Shown here: positions 1-10,659 of the stretch, piece by piece | Layout of the letters: every line of letters starts with the position of its first letter | Position numbering within the stretch: the first letter of the stretch is position 1 | Assembly: GCA_041483715.1 (NCBI GenBank) | Contig: JBGPGG010000003.1 | Span: 1 to 55,699, forward strand | DNA length: 55,699 nucleotides | From: Thermoanaerobaculia bacterium | GTDB taxonomy: Bacteria; Acidobacteriota; Thermoanaerobaculia; UBA5066; Gp7-AA6 | Reading direction: 5' to 3' | The notes under the pieces: generated by a model | Database searches by the model: none | What the model saw: the letters and a program-made list of their open reading frames with translations, nothing else | What the model was told of the DNA's origin: nothing | Program-made: the position numbers and the translations under genes

Positions 1-339
<339 letters not shown>

Positions 340-933
340 TTGGCGGACCTCGAGAAGGCTCCCGCCGAGGAGAAGAAGCCGAGGCCCGGGGCGGTAGATG
401 CTTCAGGCCACCCTTGGGTCCAGGCGATCCGCGCGGCGCTGCCCGACACCGTCGTCTCGGCGAAGGAGTTCGCCGGCCAGGTGACGGTCGTCGTCCAGAA
501 GGATGCGATCGCCCGCGTGGCGCGGCACCTGAAGGACGGCCAGGACTTCAAGTACTGCGTGGACGTGACGGCGGTCGACTGGAAGGACCGCAGCCCCCGC
601 TTCGAGGTCGTGTACCACTTCTACTCGTTCTCGAAGAACGCCCGTATCCGCGTCAAGTGCGCCGCGGCGGACGGCGAGGACGTGCCGTCGATCGCGGCGG
701 TCTTCCTCTCCGCCAACTGGTGCGAGCGCGAGACCTGGGACATGTTCGGGATCAAGTTCTCCGGGCATCCCGACCTGCGCCGGATCCTCACCTGGGAAGG
801 GTTCAACGGGTTTCCGCTCCGCAAGGACTTCCCCCTCGAGGGCATCGACACGGGCGCGGCCGTCTATCCGGAGGAGTGGCCCGAGGGCGGTGGGCCGTCG
901 CAGAAGGACTCGAATCGGAAGGTGGTCTCGTGA
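340..933 (+). CDS. nuoC: NADH-quinone oxidoreductase subunit C (30 kDa subunit)
   Basis: 197 aa with the NuoC-type core (..RFEVVYHFYS..NWCERETWDMFGIKFSGHPDLRRIL..). TTG start immediately after the nuoB TGA, with GGAAGG 8 nt upstream. Confidence 0.9.
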   Translation: MADLEKAPAEEKKPRPGAVDASGHPWVQAIRAALPDTVVSAKEFAGQVTVVVQKDAIARVARHLKDGQDFKYCVDVTAVDWKDRSPRFEVVYHFYSFSKNARIRVKCAAADGEDVPSIAAVFLSANWCERETWDMFGIKFSGHPDLRRILTWEGFNGFPLRKDFPLEGIDTGAAVYPEEWPEGGGPSQKDSNRKVVS

Positions 934-934
934 A

Positions 935-969
935 TTCGGATTTCGGAATTCGGATTTCGGATTTGGGGG
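935..969. repeat. Tandem heptamer array TTCGGAT/TTCGGAA/TTCGGAT/TTCGGAT/TTGGGGG in the nuoC-nuoD spacer
   Basis: Read directly from the sequence. Five head-to-tail 7-nt units start 2 nt after the nuoC stop (931-933). Confidence 0.9.
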
Positions 970-982
970 GTCGCTGGTTCGC

Positions 983-2200
983 ATGACGGACGAGAAGATT
1001 TCTCAAGCCGAGAAGGACGAGGCCGCGTACTTCGCCGAACGCGCGCAGGCGGGCGCCGCGGCCGCGCGCTCCGGGACGGCCGCCTCGCCGGAAGCCCACA
1101 CGCTTTTCGACGTCCAGGAGATGGAGCTCAACTTCGGCCCGCAGCACCCCTCGACGCACGGCGTGCTGCGGCTGGTGCTCAAGGTCGACGGGGAAAAGAT
1201 CCTCGAGGCGAAGCCGGACATCGGCTACCTCCACCGCGGCACCGAGAAGCTCTTCGAGACCGAGACCTACCCGATGGGGATCCCGCACACCGACCGCCTG
1301 GACTACGTGGCGGCGGCGACGAACAACCACGCCTTCTGTCTCGCCGTCGAGAAGCTACTCGGCGTCGAGATCCCGCGGCGCGCGCAGCTCATCCGCGTGA
1401 TTCTCGACGAGCTCCAGCGGCTCTCCTCGCACCTGGTGTGGCTCGGGACCTCGGGCATCGACCTGGGAGCGGTGACCCCGTTCTGGTACGCCTTCCGGGA
1501 GCGGGAGCAGATCCTCGACTTCTTCGAGGAGTACTGCGGCGCCCGGCTGACGCTCAACTGCATGCGCATTGGCGGCCTGCCGTTCGACCTGACGGCCGGT
1601 TGGACGGAGCGCGTGTCCGAGTTCCTCGCTGACCTGCCGGCCCGCATCGACGACTACGAGCAGCTCCTGACGGACAACCGCATCTGGAAGAAGCGCACGG
1701 TCGGCGTGGGCGTCATCTCGGCCGAAGAGTGCGTCGAGTGGGGCCTGACCGGGCCGATCATCCGCGGCTCGGGCCTGGCGTGGGACCTGCGCCGCGCGCA
1801 GCCCTACGAGTGCTACGAGGAGCTCGATTTCGTCGTCCCCACGCGGCAGAACGGGGACACGTACGACCGGTACATCGTGCGCGTGCAGGAGATGCGCCAG
1901 AGCGCGCGCATCCTTCGGCAGTGCCTCGAGAAGCTCGAGCCGGGCGAGATACGCGGCAAGGTGCCGCGCGTGATCAAGCCGCCGGCCGAAGAGGTCTACG
2001 CGTCGATCGAATCGCCCAAGGGCGAGCTCGGCTTCTACTGCGTTTCCAACGGCACCAACAAGCCGTACCGGATGCACGTGCGGCCGCCCTCCTTCATCAA
2101 CCTGCAGGCGCTGCCGCGGCTGGCGAAGGGGCATCTCGTGTCGGACCTTGTCGCCCTGATCGGCACGATTGACATCGTGCTCGGTGAGGTGGACCGGTGA
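983..2200 (+). CDS. nuoD: NADH-quinone oxidoreductase subunit D (49 kDa subunit)
   Basis: Internal ATG at 983 of ORF 890..2200 (MTDEKISQ..). Strong NuoD similarity (..ELNFGPQHPSTHGVLRLVL..DIGYLHRGTEKL..RPPSF.NLQAL..IGTIDIVLGEVDR). Confidence 0.93.
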   Translation: MTDEKISQAEKDEAAYFAERAQAGAAAARSGTAASPEAHTLFDVQEMELNFGPQHPSTHGVLRLVLKVDGEKILEAKPDIGYLHRGTEKLFETETYPMGIPHTDRLDYVAAATNNHAFCLAVEKLLGVEIPRRAQLIRVILDELQRLSSHLVWLGTSGIDLGAVTPFWYAFREREQILDFFEEYCGARLTLNCMRIGGLPFDLTAGWTERVSEFLADLPARIDDYEQLLTDNRIWKKRTVGVGVISAEECVEWGLTGPIIRGSGLAWDLRRAQPYECYEELDFVVPTRQNGDTYDRYIVRVQEMRQSARILRQCLEKLEPGEIRGKVPRVIKPPAEEVYASIESPKGELGFYCVSNGTNKPYRMHVRPPSFINLQALPRLAKGHLVSDLVALIGTIDIVLGEVDR

Positions 2201-2207
2201 CGCGCGC

Positions 2208-2235
2208 GGGAAACGCGAAACGGGAAACGGGAAAC
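2208..2235. repeat. Tandem heptamer array GGGAAAC/GCGAAAC/GGGAAAC/GGGAAAC in the nuoD-nuoH spacer
   Basis: Read directly from the sequence. Four 7-nt units end 2 nt before the nuoH ATG (2238). Confidence 0.9.
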
Positions 2236-2237
2236 GC

Positions 2238-3395
2238 ATGAGCGCGGACGTCTGGACATACGTCAAGGTCGTGCTGCTGGTCGCCACGGTGCCGGCGATC
2301 GTCGGCTTCGTCATCGTGCTCGCCGAGCGCCGGATCATGGCATTCATGCAGGTGCGCCTCGGGCCCAACCGCGTCGGGCCGCAGGGGACGCTGCAGGGAT
2401 TGGCCGACCTCGTCAAGCTCGTCACGAAGGAAGACATCACGCCGGCGAAGGCCGAGAAGGCCGTGCACTTCCTGGCGCCGGTTCTCGCCGTGATTCCTGC
2501 GCTCACCGCGCTCGCCGTGATCCCGTTCGGTCCGCCGGTCCGGATCGGCAAGACCATGGTCCCGCTCTGGGTGGCCGACGTGAACATCGGCCTGCTGTTC
2601 CTGCTCGCGGTCACGTCGATCGGCGTCTACGGGATCATCCTCGGCGGCTGGTCCTCGAACAACAAGTACTCGCTGCTCGGCGGGCTGCGCTCTGCCGCGC
2701 AGCTCGTGTCCTACGAAGTGCCGATGGGCCTCTCGCTCGTGTCGGTGCTCCTGATGACGCGGTCGCTCTCGCTCGTCGCGATCGTGCGGCGCCAGGAGGC
2801 GATGGAGCTCTGGTTCATCTTTCCGGGGCTCGTGGCCTTCTTCATCTATTTCGTCTCGGGCGTCGCCGAGTCCAATCGCAACCCCTTCGACCTGCCCGAG
2901 GCTGAGTCCGAGCTCGTGTCGGGGTTCAACACCGAGTACTCCGGCGTCAAGTTCGCCTTCTTCTTCCTCGGCGAGTACACGGCAATGATCATCATTTCGT
3001 GCGTGGCCGTGACGGTATTCCTCGGAGGGTGGCTGCAGCCCTTCCCGAACGTGGCCGCGCTCAAGTTCCTCGGCATCGTGCCGCCGTTCGTCTGGTTCCT
3101 CGGCAAGGTCGGCGCGTTCATCTTCTGTTACATCTGGTTCCGGTCCACGTTCCCCCGGTACCGCTTCGATCAGCTGATGGCGCTCGGCTGGAAGTGGCTG
3201 ATCCCGATGGCGCTCGCGAACATCGTCGTGGTCGCCTTCGCGATCCTGCTCACGCCGGGAAGAACGACGGGCCTCGTGTGGCTGGCGTGGATCTTCGGGG
3301 GCCTCTTCGTCGCGATGTTCCTTCTCTCGAAGCTTCGGCAGAAGCTCACCCGGCGCGAGCGGCTGGCCGCCGAGCCGCATCCGGTGGAGGGTTGA
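2238..3395 (+). CDS. nuoH: NADH-quinone oxidoreductase subunit H
   Basis: Internal ATG at 2238 of ORF 2169..3395. Polytopic membrane protein with NuoH/ND1 motifs (..RRIMAFMQVRLGPNRVGP.G.LQ..ADL.KL..KED.., ..ESNRNPFDLPEAESELVSGFNTEYSG.KFA.FFLGEY..). Confidence 0.93.
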   Translation: MSADVWTYVKVVLLVATVPAIVGFVIVLAERRIMAFMQVRLGPNRVGPQGTLQGLADLVKLVTKEDITPAKAEKAVHFLAPVLAVIPALTALAVIPFGPPVRIGKTMVPLWVADVNIGLLFLLAVTSIGVYGIILGGWSSNNKYSLLGGLRSAAQLVSYEVPMGLSLVSVLLMTRSLSLVAIVRRQEAMELWFIFPGLVAFFIYFVSGVAESNRNPFDLPEAESELVSGFNTEYSGVKFAFFFLGEYTAMIIISCVAVTVFLGGWLQPFPNVAALKFLGIVPPFVWFLGKVGAFIFCYIWFRSTFPRYRFDQLMALGWKWLIPMALANIVVVAFAILLTPGRTTGLVWLAWIFGGLFVAMFLLSKLRQKLTRRERLAAEPHPVEG

Positions 3396-3400
3396 CCTAA

Positions 3401-3883
3401 GTGGCTCTGAAGAAATGGCTCGACAAGATCGCGCTGCTCGACCTGTTCGACGGCCTCTCCGTCACGGGGCGGCACCTGTTCAAGAAGAAGGTCACGATCG
3501 AGTACCCCGAGCAGAAGAAGCTCCCGTCGGACCGGTTCCGCGGGATGTTCCGGCTCGACGAGGAGCGGTGCATCAAGTGCACGCTCTGCGCGATCGAATG
3601 CCCGATCAACATCATCTACATCGACTGGCACAACGAGAAGGACGAGGCGGCCAAGTCCGTCAAGGTGCTCGACCGCTTCGACGTGGACCTGAAGCGGTGC
3701 ATGTTCTGCCAGCTCTGCGAGGAGGCCTGCCCGACGGTGCCGAAGTCGATCTGGCTGACGACGAAGACCTACGAGATGGCGTCGTATGACCGCAACGAGT
3801 CGCTCTACCTCGACATCCGAAAGCTCACGGACTGGCGCGAGGCGCCGAACGTGAAGCCCTTCACGGTCGTGGAGAGAGGGTAG
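3401..3883 (+). CDS. nuoI: NADH-quinone oxidoreductase subunit I (2x[4Fe-4S] ferredoxin)
   Basis: 160 aa with two CxxCxxCxxxCP motifs (CIKCTLCAIECP, CMFCQLCEEACP). GTG start; position in the operon fits. Confidence 0.93.
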   Translation: MALKKWLDKIALLDLFDGLSVTGRHLFKKKVTIEYPEQKKLPSDRFRGMFRLDEERCIKCTLCAIECPINIIYIDWHNEKDEAAKSVKVLDRFDVDLKRCMFCQLCEEACPTVPKSIWLTTKTYEMASYDRNESLYLDIRKLTDWREAPNVKPFTVVERG

Positions 3884-3889
3884 GGCGCG

Positions 3890-4444
3890 ATGGAGGGCGG
3901 GGCGCTGCTGACGGGAACCGCGGGCTGGCTGTTCGCGATCTTCGCGGTCCTCACGCTCGCGTCGGCGATCGCCGTCGTGGCGGCGCGCAACCCGGTGCAC
4001 TCCGCGCTTTTCCTTCTCCTGTCGTTCGTCGTCGTGGCCTGCATCTTCATCCTGCAGCAGGCGGAGTTCGTCGGGGCCGTGCAGATGCTCGTGTACGCGG
4101 GCGGCATCATGGTCCTGTTTCTGTTCGTCGTCATGCTCGTGAACCCCGGCGTCGTCCAGGCGGGCAAGGCGTTCCAGACCCAGTTCGACGTCGCGCTCCT
4201 GCTGCTGCCCGTCTTCCTGCTCCCGTTCCTATACATCCTCGGCACCGAGAAGCTCCCGGACGTCGCCGTCAAGCCGGACGCGTTGCGGATGGTCGGCGAC
4301 AAGATCGCGGGCAACACCGAGGCCGTGGCGTGGGTGCTCTTCCGCGACTACCTCGTGCCCTTCGAGGTGGCGTCGGTCTTCCTGCTCGTCGCGATGGTTG
4401 GGGCGGTGGTGCTCGGGAAGCGTTCGTTGGAGAAGATGGACTGA
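3890..4444 (+). CDS. nuoJ: NADH-quinone oxidoreductase subunit J
   Basis: 184-aa hydrophobic protein (..ARNPVHSALFLLLSF...A.FILQQAEFVGAVQMLVYAGGIMVLFLFV.ML). Operon position fits. Confidence 0.9.
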   Translation: MEGGALLTGTAGWLFAIFAVLTLASAIAVVAARNPVHSALFLLLSFVVVACIFILQQAEFVGAVQMLVYAGGIMVLFLFVVMLVNPGVVQAGKAFQTQFDVALLLLPVFLLPFLYILGTEKLPDVAVKPDALRMVGDKIAGNTEAVAWVLFRDYLVPFEVASVFLLVAMVGAVVLGKRSLEKMD

Positions 4445-4749
4445 TGACGATCACGATCAACCACTATCTGATCGTCAGTTTCCTGCTCTTCTCGATCGGG
4501 TTCTTCGGCGTCCTCGTGCGGCGCAACTTCCTGACGATCCTCATGTCGGTCGAGCTGATGTTGAATGCCGTCAACCTGAACCTGATCGCGTTTTCGCGGC
4601 GGCTCTCCGACCTGACGGGCCAAGTGTTCTCGGTCTTCGTCATCACGATCGCCGCGGGCGAAGCGGCCATCGGCCTCGCGCTCACGATCTCCTTCTTCCG
4701 GCAGCGCAAGACGCTGGACGTCGAAGAAGCCCGCACGATGCAGGGATAG
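4444..4749 (+). CDS. nuoK: NADH-quinone oxidoreductase subunit K
   Basis: ATG at 4444 overlaps the nuoJ stop by 1 nt (TGATG). 101 aa, 3 TM, ND4L-like (..MSVELMLNAVNLN..AAGEAAIGLAL..). Confidence 0.92.
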   Translation: MTITINHYLIVSFLLFSIGFFGVLVRRNFLTILMSVELMLNAVNLNLIAFSRRLSDLTGQVFSVFVITIAAGEAAIGLALTISFFRQRKTLDVEEARTMQG

Positions 4750-4761
4750 GCGCAGAGCGCG

Positions 4762-6945
<2,184 letters not shown>

Positions 6946-6952
6946 GACATGA

Positions 6953-6987
6953 GTCAACAGTCAACAGTCAACAGTCAACAGTCAACT
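6953..6987. repeat. Tandem heptamer array (GTCAACA)x4 + GTCAACT in the nuoL-nuoM spacer
   Basis: Read directly from the sequence. Five perfect or near-perfect 7-nt units lie between the nuoL stop (6943-6945) and the nuoM ATG (7004). Confidence 0.95.
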
Positions 6988-7003
6988 TGGTGAAGGAAGG
7001 CCT

Positions 7004-8605
7004 ATGGACTTGAGTCAAGTTCCGATCCTTTCGCTCATCACCTACATCCCGCTCCTCGGGGCGCTGGCGATCATCTTCCTCTTCCCGAAGGAGAAAACGG
7101 GGCCGATCAAGGCCTTCGCGACGTTCGTCGCCGCGGTCGATCTCGCGGTGTCGCTGCCGCTCTGGTGGGCCTTCGACCGCGCGAAGGACGGTTACCAGTT
7201 CGTGGAGAAGGCATCGTGGATCCCGTCGCTCGGGGTCAACTACCACTTCGGGATCGATGGCATCACGCTCCTGCTGATCCTGCTGACGACGATCATCGGC
7301 CTGATCGCGGTCTACTGCTCCTACTCGGCGATCACGGAGCGGCAGAAGGAGTACTACGTCCTGCTGCTGCTCCTGCAGACCTTCATGATCGGGACGTTCT
7401 GTTGCCTCGACCTCTTCCTCTTCTACGTGTTCTGGGAAGTGATGCTCGTCCCGATGTACTTCCTGATCGGCGTCTGGGGAGGCGCGCGCCGGCTCTACGC
7501 GGCGATCAAATTCTTCCTCTACACGCTGGCCGGGTCGGTGCTGATGCTGCTCGGCGTCATCGCGCTCTACTTCTACAACACGACCGGGTTCCTCGGTTAC
7601 AGAGGCCTCGGCAACGCGGCCACCTTCTCGATCGAGAAGCTGACGGCGGTCGCGGCGGGGATGCCGGCAGAGTTGCAAATCTGGCTCTTCTTCGCCTTCT
7701 TCTTCGGGTTCGCGATCAAGGTTCCGATGTTCCCGTTCCACACGTGGCTGCCCGACGCGCACACCGAGGCGCCCACGGCGGGCTCGGTCATCCTCGCGGC
7801 GGTCCTGCTGAAGATGGGGACGTACGGCTTCGTCCGGTTCTCGCTGCCCATGTTCCCCGAGGCGGTGCGCAACAGCCGCGTGATTGCCGTCATGGTGACG
7901 CTTTCGATCATCGGCATCGTCTACGGCGCCATGGTCACGCTCGTCCAGAAGGACATGAAGAAGCTGATCGCCTACTCCTCGGTCTCGCACCTCGGGTTCG
8001 TGATGCTCGGGATCTTCGCGCTGAACATGGCGGGCATCCAGGGCGGCGTCCTCCAGATGATCAACCACGGCATCTCGACGGGCGGGCTCTTCCTGCTCGT
8101 GGGCATCCTCTACGAGCGGCGCCACACGCGGATGATCGCCGAGTACGGCGGCCTCGCGAAGCAGATGCCGATCTACGCGACGTACTTCCTGATCTTGGCC
8201 CTCTCCTCGATGGGACTGCCGCTCTTGAACGGCTTCATCGGCGAGTTCACGATCCTGCAGGGCGCCTTTGCAAGGAACTTCTGGTGGGCCTTCTTCGCGG
8301 CCACCGGGATCGTGCTCGGCGCGGCGTACCTGCTCTGGCTCTACCAGCGGATCTTCTTCGGCGAGTTGACGAATCCGGCCAACGCCAGGCTTGCCGACCT
8401 GACGCTGCGCGAGCAGCTCACGCTCGCTCCGCTCGTCGTGCTGGCCCTCTGGATCGGGCTCTACCCGAAGCCGATCTTCGACGTGCTGCGCCGGCCCTCG
8501 GAGAGGATCGTGCAGGCCGTCGGCGGCCCGATCGCAGAAGCCCCGGCCATGGCGCTGAAGGCCGATGCCCCCGCGGCCGCCGGCAGCGAGCCCCCGCGCC
8601 CATGA
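7004..8605 (+). CDS. nuoM: NADH-quinone oxidoreductase subunit M
   Basis: 533 aa, ND4-like (..FYVFWEVMLVPMYFLIGVWGG..FAIKVPMFPFHTWLPDAHTEAPTAGSVILA..). SD GAAGGAAGG upstream. Confidence 0.95.
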   Translation: MDLSQVPILSLITYIPLLGALAIIFLFPKEKTGPIKAFATFVAAVDLAVSLPLWWAFDRAKDGYQFVEKASWIPSLGVNYHFGIDGITLLLILLTTIIGLIAVYCSYSAITERQKEYYVLLLLLQTFMIGTFCCLDLFLFYVFWEVMLVPMYFLIGVWGGARRLYAAIKFFLYTLAGSVLMLLGVIALYFYNTTGFLGYRGLGNAATFSIEKLTAVAAGMPAELQIWLFFAFFFGFAIKVPMFPFHTWLPDAHTEAPTAGSVILAAVLLKMGTYGFVRFSLPMFPEAVRNSRVIAVMVTLSIIGIVYGAMVTLVQKDMKKLIAYSSVSHLGFVMLGIFALNMAGIQGGVLQMINHGISTGGLFLLVGILYERRHTRMIAEYGGLAKQMPIYATYFLILALSSMGLPLLNGFIGEFTILQGAFARNFWWAFFAATGIVLGAAYLLWLYQRIFFGELTNPANARLADLTLREQLTLAPLVVLALWIGLYPKPIFDVLRRPSERIVQAVGGPIAEAPAMALKADAPAAAGSEPPRP

Positions 8606-10053
8606 CGTTTTCGTTCGCCCCGTCCAACTGGAAACTGTTTTCGCCCGAGCTTTTTCTGACGGCGGCAGGCCTGTTGCTGCTCGGCCTCTCGGTGACCTTC
8701 GGCAAGAAGCGCGAGGAGTTCCTCGCGTTTCTGGCGGTCCTCGCGATCATGGTGACCGCAGGCCTGCTCGTCTTCGTCTCGGGACAGCCGGGCCGCAAGG
8801 CCCCGATCCTCGGGGGCACCTTCGTGGTCGACAACTTCGCCCTGTTCTTCAAGGCGCTCATCCTGCTCTCGCTCGCGCTGACGGTGCTCGCCTCGGTGCG
8901 GTTCGTCGGGTCGGCGCCCTATCCCGGTGGCGAGTACTACGCGCTCCTGCTGTTCTCGGGCGTCGGGATGCTCTTCATGGTGTCGGGCAACAACCTGATC
9001 TCGATCTACGTCGCGCTCGAGCTGATGGCGCTCTCGTCCTACATCCTTGCCGGCTACTTCAAGGCCGAAGCGAAATCGACCGAGGCGGCGCTGAAATACT
9101 TCATCCTCGGCGCCTTCTCGTCGGGCGTGCTCCTGTACGGCCTGTCGCTCGTCTACGGGGTGGCCGGGATCATGGGCGTGCCGGAGCTCGCGAAGCTCTT
9201 CGCCTCTGCGGAGCGGTCGAACCTGCTGATGCTGGGGATCCTGCTGGTCCTCGCGGGCCTGCTCTTCAAGATTGCGGCCGTGCCGTTCCACGTGTGGACG
9301 CCGGACGTCTACGAGGGCTCGCCGACCCCGGTGACGGCGTTCTTCTCGGTCGGGCCGAAGGTGGCCGCGTACGCGATCCTCGCCCGGATCTTCTACGTGG
9401 CGTTCGCGAAGTTCCACGCCGACTGGGGCCTCATCGTGGCCCTCGTGTCCGCGGCGACGATGATCCTCGGCAACATCGCGGCGCTGCTGCAGTCGAACGT
9501 CAAACGCATGCTCGCCTACTCCTCGATCGCAAACGCGGGCTACGCCCTGCTCGGCGTTCTCGGGTTTCGAACGGAGTGGGGGCTGTGGGGGATCCTGGTC
9601 TACCTGCTCGCCTATACGTTCATGAACTTCGGGGCGTTCACTCTGGTCATCCTCCTCGAGAGCAAGGGGTACGCGGCGGAGTCGGTCTCGGACTTCAACG
9701 GCCTGGCCAGACGCAGCATGCCGGCCGCGGTCGTGATGCTGCTCTTTCTCCTCTCGCTCGCGGGGATCCCGCCGACCGCCGGCTTCATCGGGAAGTACTA
9801 CCTCTTCTCTGCGGCCATGAAGGCCGGGTACGCATGGCTCGCGGTCCTGGCCGTGGTCATGTCGGCGGTTTCGCTCTTCTACTACTTCCGGATCGCCGCC
9901 GCGATGTTCTTTACCGAAGGGTCGGGGGCGAAGCTCTCGAGCTCGTACGCGCTGGCCGCGGTGATCGCGATCTGCGCCGTGGGGACCCTCGCGATCGGGG
10001 TTCTGCCGCAGCCCTTCCTGTCGGTTCTCAAGGCCTGCAGCCTGGCGCCCTGA
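8602..10053 (+). CDS. nuoN: NADH-quinone oxidoreductase subunit N
   Basis: ATG 8602 overlaps the nuoM stop (ATGA). 483 aa, ND2-like (..LFKIAAVPFHVWTPDVYEGSPTPVTAFFS..MLAYSSIANAGY..). Confidence 0.93.
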   Translation: MTFSFAPSNWKLFSPELFLTAAGLLLLGLSVTFGKKREEFLAFLAVLAIMVTAGLLVFVSGQPGRKAPILGGTFVVDNFALFFKALILLSLALTVLASVRFVGSAPYPGGEYYALLLFSGVGMLFMVSGNNLISIYVALELMALSSYILAGYFKAEAKSTEAALKYFILGAFSSGVLLYGLSLVYGVAGIMGVPELAKLFASAERSNLLMLGILLVLAGLLFKIAAVPFHVWTPDVYEGSPTPVTAFFSVGPKVAAYAILARIFYVAFAKFHADWGLIVALVSAATMILGNIAALLQSNVKRMLAYSSIANAGYALLGVLGFRTEWGLWGILVYLLAYTFMNFGAFTLVILLESKGYAAESVSDFNGLARRSMPAAVVMLLFLLSLAGIPPTAGFIGKYYLFSAAMKAGYAWLAVLAVVMSAVSLFYYFRIAAAMFFTEGSGAKLSSSYALAAVIAICAVGTLAIGVLPQPFLSVLKACSLAP

Positions 10054-10069
10054 GTTCGACGCGAGCGGG

Positions 10070-10081
10070 TAGACTTCCCGC
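10070..10081 (+). promoter_or_regulatory. Candidate -10 element (TAGACT) 6 nt before the atpZ GTG; leaderless-type geometry
   Basis: TAGACT at 10070-10075, spacer tcccgc, GTG at 10082, no SD. The same hexamer and spacing occur upstream of aroC. Confidence 0.35.
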
Positions 10082-10300
10082 GTGCCTGCGCCGTCCGGTC
10101 ACTCCCGCTATGGCCTCGTCGCCGAAGCGAGCTCGGCCGGGCTCCTCTTCTTGCTCGGGCCGGGGGCCGGCTATCTCCTCGGCAAATGGACCGGCGCCGC
10201 GCTCGGCCTTGGGATGGTGCCGGCGTGGCTGGGCGGGGCGCTCGGCCTGGTCGCAGCCTTCGTGAATCTCCTGCGCCTGACGGGGAGGGCGTCTCGGTGA
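10082..10300 (+). CDS. atpZ: AtpZ/AtpI-family small membrane protein (putative F0F1-ATPase gene-1 type)
   Basis: 72 aa, two TM helices, G-rich motif (..LLGPGAGYLLGKW.G...G......LGGALGLVAAF) resembling the small protein that precedes atpI/atpB in many atp operons. The position fits. Confidence 0.55.
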   Translation: MPAPSGHSRYGLVAEASSAGLLFLLGPGAGYLLGKWTGAALGLGMVPAWLGGALGLVAAFVNLLRLTGRASR

Positions 10301-10305
10301 GCAAC

Positions 10306-10653
10306 ATGGACGCCGTCGTTCGGCGCGTGAAGCGGCGATCTTTTGCCATCGCGGCCGCCGAAATCCTCGCCGGATTCGTCCTGGGAGTTGGTCCAGGGGT
10401 TTCCTTGACAATATGCGCCGCCGTGGTAATTTCCAGCCTCCTGGCTCTTGAAAAGCTGCTGGAGCGGATGTCTCCCGGAAGAAAAGAGCCGGGATGGCGA
10501 ACTTTAATTCCCCTTCTCCTGGTAACGGTTGCGAGTTTTACGCTGCTCGGGATAGTACTGTGGCGGTGGCGGGGGTTTCAGCCTTTGGCGGGTGCCGCGG
10601 GGCTCTCCGTCGTGGTCCTGGCGATCATTCCAGAGATCTGGACGAAGAGGTAG
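10306..10653 (+). CDS. atpI: ATP synthase protein I-like membrane protein
   Basis: 115 aa from ATG 10306. GTG 10297, overlapping the atpZ stop, is an alternative start. Four predicted hydrophobic segments; directly upstream of atpB. The region has lower GC than its surroundings. Confidence 0.55.
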   Translation: MDAVVRRVKRRSFAIAAAEILAGFVLGVGPGVSLTICAAVVISSLLALEKLLERMSPGRKEPGWRTLIPLLLVTVASFTLLGIVLWRWRGFQPLAGAAGLSVVVLAIIPEIWTKR

Positions 10654-10659
10654 GAGCGC

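Noticed and set aside
6953-6987. The heptamer arrays as CRISPR arrays or minisatellite-encoded peptides.
   Set aside because: The units are 7 nt with no spacers, far too short for CRISPR repeats. No cas genes are present. The arrays lie outside supported coding frames.
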